Made by a program: the position numbers and the translations under genes
Notes under the pieces: generated by a model
Databases searched by the model: none
The model's input: only the letters and a program-made list of their open reading frames with translations
What the model was told of the DNA's origin: nothing
Source of the DNA: a virus
Taxonomy: Duplodnaviria; Caudoviricetes
IMG/VR virus record: IMGVR_UViG_3300034171_000062
Coordinates: 96,001 to 160,000 of that record
Direction: 5' to 3' (one strand)
DNA: 64,000 nucleotides
Shown: piece by piece, positions 9,559-19,139 of the stretch
How the letters are laid out: the number at the start of each line of letters is the position of its first letter
How positions within the stretch are numbered: the stretch's first letter is position 1

Positions 9559-10014
9559 ATGAGTATTTTAATGGATTTGTTCGGCATTCGGCCGCGCATC
9601 AAATTCTTCGACGGCGAGTTGGAATTTCTATCGAATACCTATCGCCATCGCAAGCCCATACAAGAGATCGTAGGGTGCGTGACACTGAGTTACCCCACGG
9701 TGGCCCATGCAATCCGTGGGGTACATCAATCGGAATTTACCGACAAATTCACCATCATGCAGATCGCCGACGTGGCGAGTCTCCCGCCTGTCATTAAGGC
9801 GAACCCGGGGATCGTTGAGGGGTGTCTGCGCCAGAAGTTTGGATGTGTGGAACTGATCAATAAGTTGAAAGCTACTGGCAACGCTAAGTTGCAAGGCGCT
9901 GATGCGTTGACCTGTTCCATATTGGAAACTCTACGCGAGGAGGCCTTCGCCAAATGCTCTACGATCCAAAACTCGAATCTGTGTTTGGGTATCGAGGCGA
10001 GTATTACTTCCTAA
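9559..10014 (+). CDS. Degenerate NADAR-like protein
   Basis: FLSNTY, YPTVAHA, QKF and LKATG align with the downstream NADAR, but EH is AH and the WG and GxNxLG motifs are missing. Confidence 0.65.
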   Translation: MSILMDLFGIRPRIKFFDGELEFLSNTYRHRKPIQEIVGCVTLSYPTVAHAIRGVHQSEFTDKFTIMQIADVASLPPVIKANPGIVEGCLRQKFGCVELINKLKATGNAKLQGADALTCSILETLREEAFAKCSTIQNSNLCLGIEASITS

Positions 10015-10430
10015 GTAACTTTTACCCTCAAATGGACCCGGTAAGTGAAATCTTCAAAGGGGTGTATATCGAATACCCTACTGTGGAACACGCGTATCAA
10101 GCTTCCAAAAGTTTGGATGCGAGGGTCCGGATGAGCATTGCAAGTCAAACGACGCCCGGGGGGTCTAAGCGCCAAGGCCGTTCTATTTCCTGTCGCTCTG
10201 ACTGGGAATCGATCAAAGACGATGTGATGTTACATTGGGTACGGGAGAAGTTCGCTCAAGCACACGCACAAAGACTTTTACTCGCCACCGGTCGACGACA
10301 GTTGATAGAGGCTAACAATCACGGCGACACGTATTGGGGCACCGACCAGTTTGGTGACGGACGAAACCAGTTGGGAGAGACCCACATGCAGGTTCGATAC
10401 GAGATCGCTTTAGACATAGGGGTCTGGTAA
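9954..10430 (+). CDS. NADAR (YbiA-like) family protein
   Basis: FLSNFY, YPTVEHAYQASK, DWESIK, KFAQ, LLATG, LIEAN, DTYWG and GRNQLG motifs. Confidence 0.92.
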   Translation: MLYDPKLESVFGYRGEYYFLSNFYPQMDPVSEIFKGVYIEYPTVEHAYQASKSLDARVRMSIASQTTPGGSKRQGRSISCRSDWESIKDDVMLHWVREKFAQAHAQRLLLATGRRQLIEANNHGDTYWGTDQFGDGRNQLGETHMQVRYEIALDIGVW

Positions 10431-10452
10431 CCTACCGATCCAGGGATGTGGC

Positions 10453-10860
10453 ATGGGACACTTTGAACAACTGCTCGCGCATTTGATTGGCGATTACATA
10501 TTGCAAACGGACCGTATGGCCCGACGGAAGACCTCGGATGACTTGTATGCAGTATTGCACGTGTTGTTGTACTGTGTGCCGTTCCTGGTTCTAGGGGCCT
10601 CTTTAAAGGCGTTAGTGGTCATAGGGGGTACACACTACCTGATTGATCGGTATCGCCTTGCCTTGTACGTGGTGAAGCTTAAGACGGTCATTGACTACAG
10701 CACAGCTGGGTGTCATGAGATACGAACTCAGCTGTGCAACCTCAACGAACACGGTTTCCCACAAGGAACGCCGGCTTACTTGGGGTTTTGGATTGTGGTC
10801 ATTGTGGACAACACTCTCCACATCGCCATCAACGCGTGGGCCATTACTAAATTTGGCTAA
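10453..10860 (+). CDS. DUF3307-family membrane protein
   Basis: AHLIGDYILQT, HYLID and DNTLH motifs with hydrophobic helices. Confidence 0.8.
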   Translation: MGHFEQLLAHLIGDYILQTDRMARRKTSDDLYAVLHVLLYCVPFLVLGASLKALVVIGGTHYLIDRYRLALYVVKLKTVIDYSTAGCHEIRTQLCNLNEHGFPQGTPAYLGFWIVVIVDNTLHIAINAWAITKFG

Positions 10861-10900
10861 CGGCATAGGAGGAGGCCACTGGCCTCCTCCTGTTATTCCG
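10861..10900. terminator. Bidirectional hairpin terminator
   Basis: CGGCATA-GGAGGAGGCC-ACT-GGCCTCCTCC-TGTTATTCCG between convergent genes. Confidence 0.8.
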
Positions 10901-11980
10901 TTAGACGAAGTTTGGCTTATTGGACTCGAATATGGGTGTTCCTTCAGCGAACTGTGAGTAGTAAAGTACATTACTCACGTCCCAGCCTGAGATGTTTTCA
11001 TTAAACGACTCAGCAAATCGGAACATGGCGCCCATATCTACAACGCTTGAAACGTCCCATTTAGACATGTCTTTGCGGTATGTTTCGGCGTCGTAAAACA
11101 TGGATTTCATGGTGGCGACGTTACTGACGTTCCAATTACCAATGTATTGATCAAATGCGAACGCGCTCTTGAATGTGTCTTCCATATTGACAACGCCGGA
11201 CACGTCCCAGTTATCCAAGGGTTGGTTGAATACCGAATTGCCTTTAAAACACCGTCTGATTGAAACGACGTTACTCATGTCCCAATGACTTACGTTGGAA
11301 TTGAAGTCGGCAGCGTTCTCAAACATCGCCGCGGCTGAAGCGTTTGGTAAAAACCTTGGCGAATCGGACGCACTGATCACAAACCCGGCCCGATCTCTGA
11401 ACATGAATGTCGTTGATTGAAACTCCACCGTGCCCCATTGCATCACGTCTTTGATCTGACGGCGACTATTGACCAGTGGGGCGGTAAATCCGTTAACCAA
11501 ACCGATCACGATCACTTCGTACTGCCCTGGGGCGCCGTAGTCGTGAGACGCGCTTCCGCTGTAGGTCACGCGCGCGCTTCCATCACCCCAGTCGACGGTG
11601 ACATCCGAACCGACATCAAACGGTAAGATCACATGGGTGGCTCCTTCGAGGTTGCCTTCGGTGTCCACCAGTAATTTCATACCAGCACCAAAGAAGCTCC
11701 CGGTAGTCATGATAACAGCGATGTCATCCCGCACCAGGGCGTTCATACGCCCTGGGTTGGAGAACAACTGATCGTCGTTGGTCACGACTGGGTCGTCCTT
11801 CTTGACCTGGGCGATCAACACGGCGTACTCGTCGCCTGTTAAAATCGCCAGTTCCTTAGCGTCGTCCAAGTCTTGCTGAGTGATGGCGGCAGCGGCGAAA
11901 TCGACGACTGCCTGTTTGTAGTCGTCGATGGCTGAATTGAGTTCAACGCGTTTCAAGTCCAAGTCAGAAAGAGTGGCCAT
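10901..11980 (-). CDS. BspA/DUF285-repeat protein with PKD-like domain, paralog 1 (5 repeats)
   Basis: VDWGDG...HDYGAPGQY PKD-like motif; about 25-aa FNxxxxxWDVSxVxxMxxMF repeats. Confidence 0.85.
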   Translation of the reverse strand: MATLSDLDLKRVELNSAIDDYKQAVVDFAAAAITQQDLDDAKELAILTGDEYAVLIAQVKKDDPVVTNDDQLFSNPGRMNALVRDDIAVIMTTGSFFGAGMKLLVDTEGNLEGATHVILPFDVGSDVTVDWGDGSARVTYSGSASHDYGAPGQYEVIVIGLVNGFTAPLVNSRRQIKDVMQWGTVEFQSTTFMFRDRAGFVISASDSPRFLPNASAAAMFENAADFNSNVSHWDMSNVVSIRRCFKGNSVFNQPLDNWDVSGVVNMEDTFKSAFAFDQYIGNWNVSNVATMKSMFYDAETYRKDMSKWDVSSVVDMGAMFRFAESFNENISGWDVSNVLYYSQFAEGTPIFESNKPNFV

Positions 11981-12036
11981 ATTTTACTCCAAAAAAAGTA
12001 ATGATACGTCGGGAGATAGACTCTCGACGTGTTGAT

Positions 12037-12867
12037 TCAGTCGTATCCGCGTACCAAATCGGACGCAGCTTCGATCGACGCTTGCAGTTGCTCCACCATG
12101 AACGCTTGAGTGGCGTAGAACTCCACCTCTTCAGCCATCACAAAGCTCACTTTGGCCAACTCACTGATTTTCAGTCCACTGGCTTCGTAGGTTTCTGGGT
12201 CGGTCTCCATGCGTTCGATGAGTTTGTTCAAATGTCCGCTGATCGTCTCCACCAGACTCAACACTTCTTTACGAGAGATTCGTGCCATGCGCTCAACCAG
12301 ATCGTTGAACTCCCCAGCGATCTTTGGCCAGTCGCTTTGACGACCGACCAGATCGCCGTAGGACCGACGTTCTGCGGAGTCTTTATTGAAGTCCTTCGCC
12401 ATTTCCGTGCGCAGCGACTCAATGTCGTGGGTGACCACTTTGTCAATGATCTTAGAGTCCCGCTGTGACTTCAGAGTCTCTGGGTTACTGAGTAGGGTGG
12501 CTAAGTGCCGCTCAAACGGTCTCAGAGTCTCTGTAAGCAACTCATCAAGGGCATCCTGATTACGGTTCAACGAAGTCAAGTGTTTCAGGTAACTGACCTG
12601 TAGGCCCTTAGGGACCATGACGTTACGACGACGCAATGTCATGTAATCGCCTTTCTTGGACAACTTGGCGTACTTGCGTTGGTTGAATAGATCGAGCTGT
12701 AACTCTTCGTTGGGTAATAGACCATTGACAAACCCTGTAAGTTTGTCAAAGAATCCCGGCAGCTTCTCGCGCAAGCTATCGAAGGACCCGCGTAGGTTAA
12801 TGGCTTCGGTGGACAATACTAGGGTGGCTTCTTCAAGAACGCCTAGGCTGACGGTCTGCTCAGACAT
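12037..12867 (-). CDS. Virion head protein (phiKZ gp153-like)
   Basis: Divergent from uvsX as in phiKZ-like phages; start MSEQTV with GGAG RBS; STE|A possible protease site near the N-terminus. Confidence 0.6.
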   Translation of the reverse strand: MSEQTVSLGVLEEATLVLSTEAINLRGSFDSLREKLPGFFDKLTGFVNGLLPNEELQLDLFNQRKYAKLSKKGDYMTLRRRNVMVPKGLQVSYLKHLTSLNRNQDALDELLTETLRPFERHLATLLSNPETLKSQRDSKIIDKVVTHDIESLRTEMAKDFNKDSAERRSYGDLVGRQSDWPKIAGEFNDLVERMARISRKEVLSLVETISGHLNKLIERMETDPETYEASGLKISELAKVSFVMAEEVEFYATQAFMVEQLQASIEAASDLVRGYD

Positions 12868-12987
12868 GATGTTTCTCCGACGGTATGCGAAAGATGGAAT
12901 GCGGTTCATAAAATTTAACGGCACTCGGCGATAGTTTGACCAGAGCACACGACTCACATACTACATACACGCTTCTAGGAGTCTTAC

Positions 12988-14445
12988 ATGACAGGCTTTA
13001 CTCCTGCTCCCCACATTCGTCCACGGCCTTGCGTCGGTGCTCTCATGGATATTCCATGTGGCCGCTACCATAAAGGCAAGTATGGCGACATGATCCTAAA
13101 CGGAGGATTCAGTAATTTCATTGGTTTTGGGGGTCGTGGCAACACGTTTAAAACCGCCTTGGCTTTGGCTAACTCGCTGCGGGTCCTTGACCGGTATGAC
13201 ACCGCCCGATTGACAGTCTATGACACCGAGATCACCTTCTCAATCGATCGCATCGAAGACATGTCGTCTCGGTTTAAGAATCTGGATTACATCACTGCCG
13301 TTGAAAGCGGCCGCATCATGCTAACGTCGGCGGCGGAACACAGCGGTAACGCTTGGTGGAAGATTGTTCGAACCCATGCGGAAGAACGCATGAAGAACGC
13401 CAAGAAGCTGAAGACGGATACGCCCTTCCTTGACCTGAATAAAGTACCGATCAAAGCCTTCCCTCCAGAGATCCATTTCCTGGACTCCATGAGTCAACTA
13501 CAGACCGACGCGGTGGAAGAGATCTACGCTAAGCATGAAATCGATGCGGGGGCAGCCAACACAGACGCCTTGCGCGGCGCTGCCATCAAGACACGTCTGG
13601 TCATGCAAGTACCTCAGGTGACAGCTGGGGGTGGCATGACCCTCATTGCAACCGCACACGTGGGCGATGAGATGAAACTCGATCCCTACGCGCCGTACAA
13701 GCAGCAGTTGTCTTTTTTGAAGAAAGGACTGAAGTTCAAGAACACCCCAGAGAAGTTCACTTTCTTAACGTCGAACTGTTGGGTGGTGACTGACGCGCAT
13801 CCGTTGATGAACAAGTCAACCAAGTCACCTGAGTATCCGTTACCTGGGTTTAACGACGCAGTGGGCGATACCGACTTGCAAGAACTGAATCTGATCAACG
13901 TGCGTTCCAAGTCTGGACCCACCGGGCACGCGTTTAAGTTGATCATCTCCCAGACTGAAGGCCTACTTCCAAGTCTCAGCGAGTACCATTATCTGAAGGA
14001 ACGTAAGGATAAGTTCGGCCTGGTAGGTCCTGAGGGGATTCAGAAAAGCTATCGATTAGCGTTGTACCCTGAGACACTGCTCAAGCGGACAACCGTCCGG
14101 GACACGATCGACGAAGACGAGAGACTGCAACGGGCGTTGGAGTTTACCTCAGAGTTGTGTCAGATCTATGAATACTGGCCAGACTTCGAACGTAAAGACA
14201 TTGTCCATCCGCAAGAACTATACGACAAGTTAATTGAACTGGGTTACGATTGGAACATAATACTTGACACTCGTGGGTATTGGACATTCGATCATTACGA
14301 AAACAAGGTACAACCTCTGTCTACCATGGACTTGATCAACATGTACCACGAGCGGTACATCCCGTTCTGGTATCCTGATAAAGACAAGTTGAAAGTCAAA
14401 TTGAAAGACCAGAGTGGTGATACAGATGGCAACAGTACTGCGTGA
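12988..14445 (+). CDS. uvsX: UvsX/RecA-like recombinase (phiKZ gp152-like)
   Basis: Walker A GRGNTFKT, YDTE, Walker B HFLDSMS. Confidence 0.88.
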   Translation: MTGFTPAPHIRPRPCVGALMDIPCGRYHKGKYGDMILNGGFSNFIGFGGRGNTFKTALALANSLRVLDRYDTARLTVYDTEITFSIDRIEDMSSRFKNLDYITAVESGRIMLTSAAEHSGNAWWKIVRTHAEERMKNAKKLKTDTPFLDLNKVPIKAFPPEIHFLDSMSQLQTDAVEEIYAKHEIDAGAANTDALRGAAIKTRLVMQVPQVTAGGGMTLIATAHVGDEMKLDPYAPYKQQLSFLKKGLKFKNTPEKFTFLTSNCWVVTDAHPLMNKSTKSPEYPLPGFNDAVGDTDLQELNLINVRSKSGPTGHAFKLIISQTEGLLPSLSEYHYLKERKDKFGLVGPEGIQKSYRLALYPETLLKRTTVRDTIDEDERLQRALEFTSELCQIYEYWPDFERKDIVHPQELYDKLIELGYDWNIILDTRGYWTFDHYENKVQPLSTMDLINMYHERYIPFWYPDKDKLKVKLKDQSGDTDGNSTA

Positions 14446-14761
14446 TATTGCGGGTGAGCTCTTTGCTCGCTTACAATCACGCTCGCCGAATCATGCGGAG
14501 CGTTGGAAAGCGCTCTTCATCAATCAGCATCGAGCATGGACCCACGGTCCATTGCCGTCGGTGAATGTGCAGATCCGTGAGATCAATGAATTCTGGCGCG
14601 TACAGTTGGGGATGTTAACCTCTGACACCATGTACGCTCGGAGTTGCATCATGGACAACCTCGATCCAGACATCTGGTTGAGGAACTTTGAACGCTACGT
14701 AATGGAGGTTGTCTTGTACGAGCCCATTCCAACACAACAGTGGAACGTCCGTTGCGCGTAA
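14426..14761 (+). CDS. Hypothetical protein
   Basis: Overlaps the end of uvsX; packed in an operon. Confidence 0.65.
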   Translation: MATVLRDIAGELFARLQSRSPNHAERWKALFINQHRAWTHGPLPSVNVQIREINEFWRVQLGMLTSDTMYARSCIMDNLDPDIWLRNFERYVMEVVLYEPIPTQQWNVRCA

Positions 14762-15168
14762 TCGTAGCAGGCTCCCGAACGGTTATAGACTACATGATCG
14801 TTCGAGAGATGCTGCTATCCTTCATGCGAGATCATCCAGACGTTAAAATCACATGGATCTCAGGACGGGCAGCGGAAGGCCCGGACGACATGGCGTATCA
14901 CTTTGCGAAGTGGGACGTGGAAAGCGACGTGATTGAAATGAAGGCGAAGTGGGATGAGAACGGTCGGGGGGCCGGCTTCATCCGCAACGCGGAGATGGCG
15001 GAGATCGGCGACGAGCTGATCTTGGCGTGGGACGGACGCTCACACGGGTCCAAACACATGCGAGACACCATGCGGAAACTGAGTAAAACCATTCATGCCC
15101 GCGTGGTGAATGTTGAAGATCAGGCTGGACAATTTGAGGTCTTTGACTTTACTAGAATCGCGACGTAA
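14740..15168 (+). CDS. SLOG-superfamily (YspA/DUF2493-like) protein
   Basis: VIVAGSR, ISGRAAEGPD, AGFIRNAEMA and AWDGRSHGS motifs. Confidence 0.85.
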   Translation: MERPLRVIVAGSRTVIDYMIVREMLLSFMRDHPDVKITWISGRAAEGPDDMAYHFAKWDVESDVIEMKAKWDENGRGAGFIRNAEMAEIGDELILAWDGRSHGSKHMRDTMRKLSKTIHARVVNVEDQAGQFEVFDFTRIAT

Positions 15169-15198
15169 ACCCTTCGGGGTTTGCGTCGTTTTATGCCG
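15161..15198 (+). terminator. Hairpin followed by TTTTATGCCG
   Basis: CGACGTAAACC-CTTCGG-GGTTTGCGTCG-TTTTATGCCG. Confidence 0.8.
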
Positions 15199-15269
15199 CG
15201 GTGTCGATCGCTATCCTATGCGAATTTCCATACACATACTGCGCGCACGGCAACCTAGGGTAAAGTTAT

Positions 15270-16427
15270 ATGAGCGAATTATCGGAACTTAACATCAAAC
15301 GCAGTGAACTAAACACATCTATTGAAACCTACAAACAAGCGGTGGCGGATTTCAACGATGGGACGATTACTCAAGGCGCCCTAGACGACGCCCGCACAAA
15401 CACTCAAGTCGTAGGTGATGAATTTGCCAGACTTATGGCGCAGGTGAAGAAAGACGATCCTAACGTCACGAACGACGACCAGTTGTTTTCTAATCCATCG
15501 CTTATGAATGCACTGGTCCGGGATGACATAGCCACCATCATGACCACTGGACTATTCTTTGGTGGGGCCATGAAACTCCTGATCGATACGGAAGGGACAA
15601 CCGCAGGGGCGACCAACGTCGTTATCTCGTTTGATGCAGGGTCAGATGTCCGTATAGACTGGGGCGATGAGTCTAAGGTTCAAACGTATACTGGCGCCGC
15701 GTCTCACGACTACGCTTCGCCTGGGCAATACGAAGTCCAAGTCATCGGTACCGTGAACGGCTTCACCACAGCCAGTGTCGCCAATAGACAACAACTCAAA
15801 GACCTCAGTCAGTGGGGCACGGTGGAATTCGCTTCGGCAGAAAGCATGTTCCGGTACCGTACTGGGTTCACCGTTTCAGCAAGCGACCGTCCCACTTTCC
15901 TTCCAGAGTGTTCATGCGCACTCATGTTCTCGTCGGCAGCCGACTTCAACTCTCCCGTTGGCCACTGGGATATGAGCAATGTGGTCAATGTACGAGCAAT
16001 GTTTTCATCCGCTATCTTGTTCAACCAACCCCTGAACCCTTGGGACGTGAGCAATGTGACGAATATGGAATCTATGTTCCAAGGCGCCAGCACCTTCAAT
16101 CAGCCCTTGTTTAATTGGAATGTTTCGAAGGTAACGGATTTCTCATCCATGTTTTATAGTGCGGTACTATTCAATCAGGGATTGAACCCTTGGGACGTTA
16201 CTTCAGCGGTGGATATGTCGACCATGTTCTTCCGCGCCGGTGACTTCAATCAACCGTTGAATGCCTGGGATGTAAGTGGTGTCACGTTGATGTTTCGCAT
16301 GTTCTACAACGCCACATGGTTCAACCGGAACATCTCCAATTGGACCGTGAGTAATGTTACAGATACTAATAGTTTCAACGATTTTGCGTCTCAATCGAAC
16401 TTGGCCGCTGGTAATTCGCCGTTTTAA
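15270..16427 (+). CDS. BspA/DUF285-repeat protein with PKD-like domain, paralog 2 (6 repeats)
   Basis: Same N-terminal domain, PKD-like motif and repeats as 10901..11980. Confidence 0.85.
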   Translation: MSELSELNIKRSELNTSIETYKQAVADFNDGTITQGALDDARTNTQVVGDEFARLMAQVKKDDPNVTNDDQLFSNPSLMNALVRDDIATIMTTGLFFGGAMKLLIDTEGTTAGATNVVISFDAGSDVRIDWGDESKVQTYTGAASHDYASPGQYEVQVIGTVNGFTTASVANRQQLKDLSQWGTVEFASAESMFRYRTGFTVSASDRPTFLPECSCALMFSSAADFNSPVGHWDMSNVVNVRAMFSSAILFNQPLNPWDVSNVTNMESMFQGASTFNQPLFNWNVSKVTDFSSMFYSAVLFNQGLNPWDVTSAVDMSTMFFRAGDFNQPLNAWDVSGVTLMFRMFYNATWFNRNISNWTVSNVTDTNSFNDFASQSNLAAGNSPF

Positions 16428-16456
16428 CGCACGATGATTAGACGCACCGGACGCCA

Positions 16457-16485
16457 GGGAGACCTTCGGGTCTCCTTTTATTCCG
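16457..16485 (+). terminator. UUCG hairpin terminator
   Basis: GGAGACC-TTCG-GGTCTCC-TTTTATTCCG. Confidence 0.8.
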
Positions 16486-16536
16486 TAACGACACTGACCA
16501 ATAAGGTGAGACAACCCCACATTCTTGGAGAGCACT

Positions 16537-17205
16537 ATGAATCCTGCGCGTAAAGAGGCGACCGACTACGCCCTTAAGTTGCTCAGTAAATTTGCCGGGA
16601 AGAACTCCTCAGTTACCGAATTGGAGAACATGCTCAACGGATTGACCGACGAGCAGTTCGACAACTACATGCAAAAGATGATTGAGGACGACGAGGTGTT
16701 GCCGTACATCGTTCCAAACCTGGGCGACATCCGATTGAGTGTTGAAAAGAACTTGAAGATCGCCGAAGAACTCAAGCATGAGTTTTTTGAGCGGTTGTGG
16801 TTAACCGATCCGGCGACTAACGAAACCTATCTGACCCCAGAGAAATATTTGGTCATCGACCTACCGCTGAAGCGATTGCAGCAACACTTGCACAAGAAGA
16901 TCGCCATCCCAGACGACAACGCCCACGTCGATGAATTGACTGGGCAACCAACAGGCGTCTCCAAGGGCAGTGCGATCTCCTTCCCGGAGTTGCAGATACT
17001 GTATTCTCAAAATCTTGAGTCGACCATTAAAGAACTCTTTAAGTTCCGAGGGGGGGACGAAGAAGCGTATAAGGCCCTCAGTCGAGAAATCTTGGCTGGC
17101 GGTCTACCGAGCATGGACGCTGTGGATACCGGCGACACCCGAGCTCGGTCTACGGACGTGCTTCAGATCTTACTGAAGTCTGCCCATTTAGACAACAACT
17201 TATAA
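16537..17205 (+). CDS. Virion RNA polymerase subunit, beta C-terminal part (phiKZ gp149-like)
   Basis: VDELTGQPTGVSKGSAISFPE resembles the RpoB C-terminal TQQP.GG...G..FGEME region; position downstream of uvsX. Confidence 0.82.
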   Translation: MNPARKEATDYALKLLSKFAGKNSSVTELENMLNGLTDEQFDNYMQKMIEDDEVLPYIVPNLGDIRLSVEKNLKIAEELKHEFFERLWLTDPATNETYLTPEKYLVIDLPLKRLQQHLHKKIAIPDDNAHVDELTGQPTGVSKGSAISFPELQILYSQNLESTIKELFKFRGGDEEAYKALSREILAGGLPSMDAVDTGDTRARSTDVLQILLKSAHLDNNL

Positions 17206-17218
17206 TAGGAACTAGGCG

Positions 17219-17770
17219 ATGCTTAACATAGACAGAATACACCACATCAAAGACGTAGCCCGAGTTTTGTTTTGTGACACCCAGTTAATTTCAACGCCCA
17301 CTGGGAATCAAGGCGCCTACTCGTTCGCGGTGCAGAATGAGCAGTTGGTGGAAAAGATCATGAGTACGCTGGGCGACAGCGGACTTCTGTACATAGCTAC
17401 CTGGGAGAACATGACGGAACTTTGGGCCGACATTCGAGCATTGGACGATTATGGTCTTGCTCAATGGCTGTTGCAGTCTGCCTCAACGTTTCGTGTCTTA
17501 GGGTTTGAGAGTCAAGACGAATACGTTAAGTGGATTGAACAGCTGAGTATTGGGTACTGTGGACACGTCGAATCCAGTGGTGCCGATGTGGAACGCTCAT
17601 TGGCTCTAGACGATGAATACGCCGACCGACTGCCCCGAATGGAAGAGTATAGAAACCTGCTGCGTTGTAACCCTTGGTTCGTTTACTTGCTCAGTCTTCA
17701 ATTGAGTTACCACGAGATCTATCGGGAACTCATTGGGTCGGAATACGAGATCAGTAACATCAAACGGTAA
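17219..17770 (+). CDS. Hypothetical protein
   Basis: 183-aa ORF with RBS, in the gp149-like operon. Confidence 0.7.
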   Translation: MLNIDRIHHIKDVARVLFCDTQLISTPTGNQGAYSFAVQNEQLVEKIMSTLGDSGLLYIATWENMTELWADIRALDDYGLAQWLLQSASTFRVLGFESQDEYVKWIEQLSIGYCGHVESSGADVERSLALDDEYADRLPRMEEYRNLLRCNPWFVYLLSLQLSYHEIYRELIGSEYEISNIKR

Positions 17771-17814
17771 ACAGACACCTTACCACTCACCTTCCGACAC
17801 ATGGACCTTGCGAT

Positions 17815-18528
17815 ATGAAACGTCGTATCTATGTAGAACTGGATGGGTTGCTTGACACGCGTCTGGGAACCTTAATCCTACTGAACGAAGCCGAGGCTCA
17901 ACGGGCCTTGGAACTGAACTACCACGACCGGAAGACGGACGATTGGATGGCGATGGGCATTGAGATTGCTCAACCGAAGTACCTGGACCGCTACCTCAAT
18001 CGAGATGAGACCACCCTCATGACCTCTCGATGTACGGGACTGATCCCCATGATTCACCGTATGACCCACGGGTTGGAAGAGATGGGGACTAAGACGCCGT
18101 TTGTTAAAGAGATAGTGGTGGACGTTAACTTTTGGCCCTACCGTCTCAGCGACGACGTGCGGTCGGAGATACTGGCGGCGGTCCGCACCATGGTCAGTCC
18201 TACGGTGTTGGTGGCCGACGTGTGGTTCTCACCGGAAGAGATGACACCTGGTCTCATCGATCGATCTTGGGATGGGGTGATGATGTACGACTTCAATACC
18301 TGGCTGGTGAAACAGGAGGAGCGTCTGAAAACGACTCAGATCCCAACGATCCCATTCATTGTTCCAGCGCTGTACGCCAATGCAGTACCCACTCCTGAAG
18401 AGACGGTGGTTGAGGATCTAGGGGAAGTCGATCCCTTCGCCGCCTTGGAGATGGTGTTGGCGGAATACGTGATGTTACACATGGTTGAACCCAAGTTCTT
18501 CAGTCTGGTTGATTTGAATGCAGCATAA
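17815..18528 (+). CDS. Conserved phiKZ-like protein (gp147-like) with HAD-like N-terminal motif
   Basis: IYVELDGLLDTRLG N-terminus; synteny. Confidence 0.6.
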   Translation: MKRRIYVELDGLLDTRLGTLILLNEAEAQRALELNYHDRKTDDWMAMGIEIAQPKYLDRYLNRDETTLMTSRCTGLIPMIHRMTHGLEEMGTKTPFVKEIVVDVNFWPYRLSDDVRSEILAAVRTMVSPTVLVADVWFSPEEMTPGLIDRSWDGVMMYDFNTWLVKQEERLKTTQIPTIPFIVPALYANAVPTPEETVVEDLGEVDPFAALEMVLAEYVMLHMVEPKFFSLVDLNAA

Positions 18529-18557
18529 GGGGAGGGGCATTGCCCCTCCCTCTATGT
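18523..18557. terminator. Bidirectional hairpin terminator
   Basis: GCATAA-GGGGAGGGGC-ATT-GCCCCTCCC-TCTATGT between convergent genes. Confidence 0.75.
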
Positions 18558-18599
18558 CCATTGCTGTAACGTCTTACAGGGTACGTCGATCTTATAGTA

Positions 18600-19064
18600 C
18601 TATTTTGTTTCCATGCGTTCGAGGAAGTCTTTCGACGATTCTTGACGCAAACCAATCTCGGTTTCCCCGTCTTCCATGTCAATGTCTGGAATGTCTCGGG
18701 TGTCTGGTAGAGGCAAGCGATCGACTTCGTAACCTGGTGCAACGGCCAACCCTCGTGGGTTAATGCTGAACATGCGCTCAACGATCTCTTGCACGGCTTT
18801 GCCGCTGGCTGCTGCGTCTTTATCTACATCGAGCTTCATGCGATTCACGGACGTTTGATCCATGTCTCTCAAAGCTTGTAGTAGTTGCATGCGTTCGTCT
18901 TTGTCAACCGGCATGCCCCGGTGGGTCACGTCTTTAACAAAGTTCTTACGGATGCCTTGAGAATACCGAAGAAGACCTTCAGCACTCAGGTCCTCGTCTT
19001 CCTCAATCAGATCCCCTGGGGGGCGCTGCTCAAGGTATTCACCTTCGATGGCGTCATCACTCAT
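18600..19064 (-). CDS. Acidic hypothetical protein
   Basis: GGAGGT RBS; 154 aa. Confidence 0.75.
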   Translation of the reverse strand: MSDDAIEGEYLEQRPPGDLIEEDEDLSAEGLLRYSQGIRKNFVKDVTHRGMPVDKDERMQLLQALRDMDQTSVNRMKLDVDKDAAASGKAVQEIVERMFSINPRGLAVAPGYEVDRLPLPDTRDIPDIDMEDGETEIGLRQESSKDFLERMETK

Positions 19065-19090
19065 AGGTGACCTCCAAATAGTTTCAAGAA

Positions 19091-19104
19091 TATATCATCC
19101 AGGT
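19091..19104 (+). promoter_or_regulatory. Putative early promoter TATATCAT-CC-AGGT
   Basis: Matches the recurrent motif; upstream of the 19140 operon. Confidence 0.65.
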
Positions 19105-19139
19105 ATAGCTTCTGGGATTAGTCCAATGGATTAGAACTA

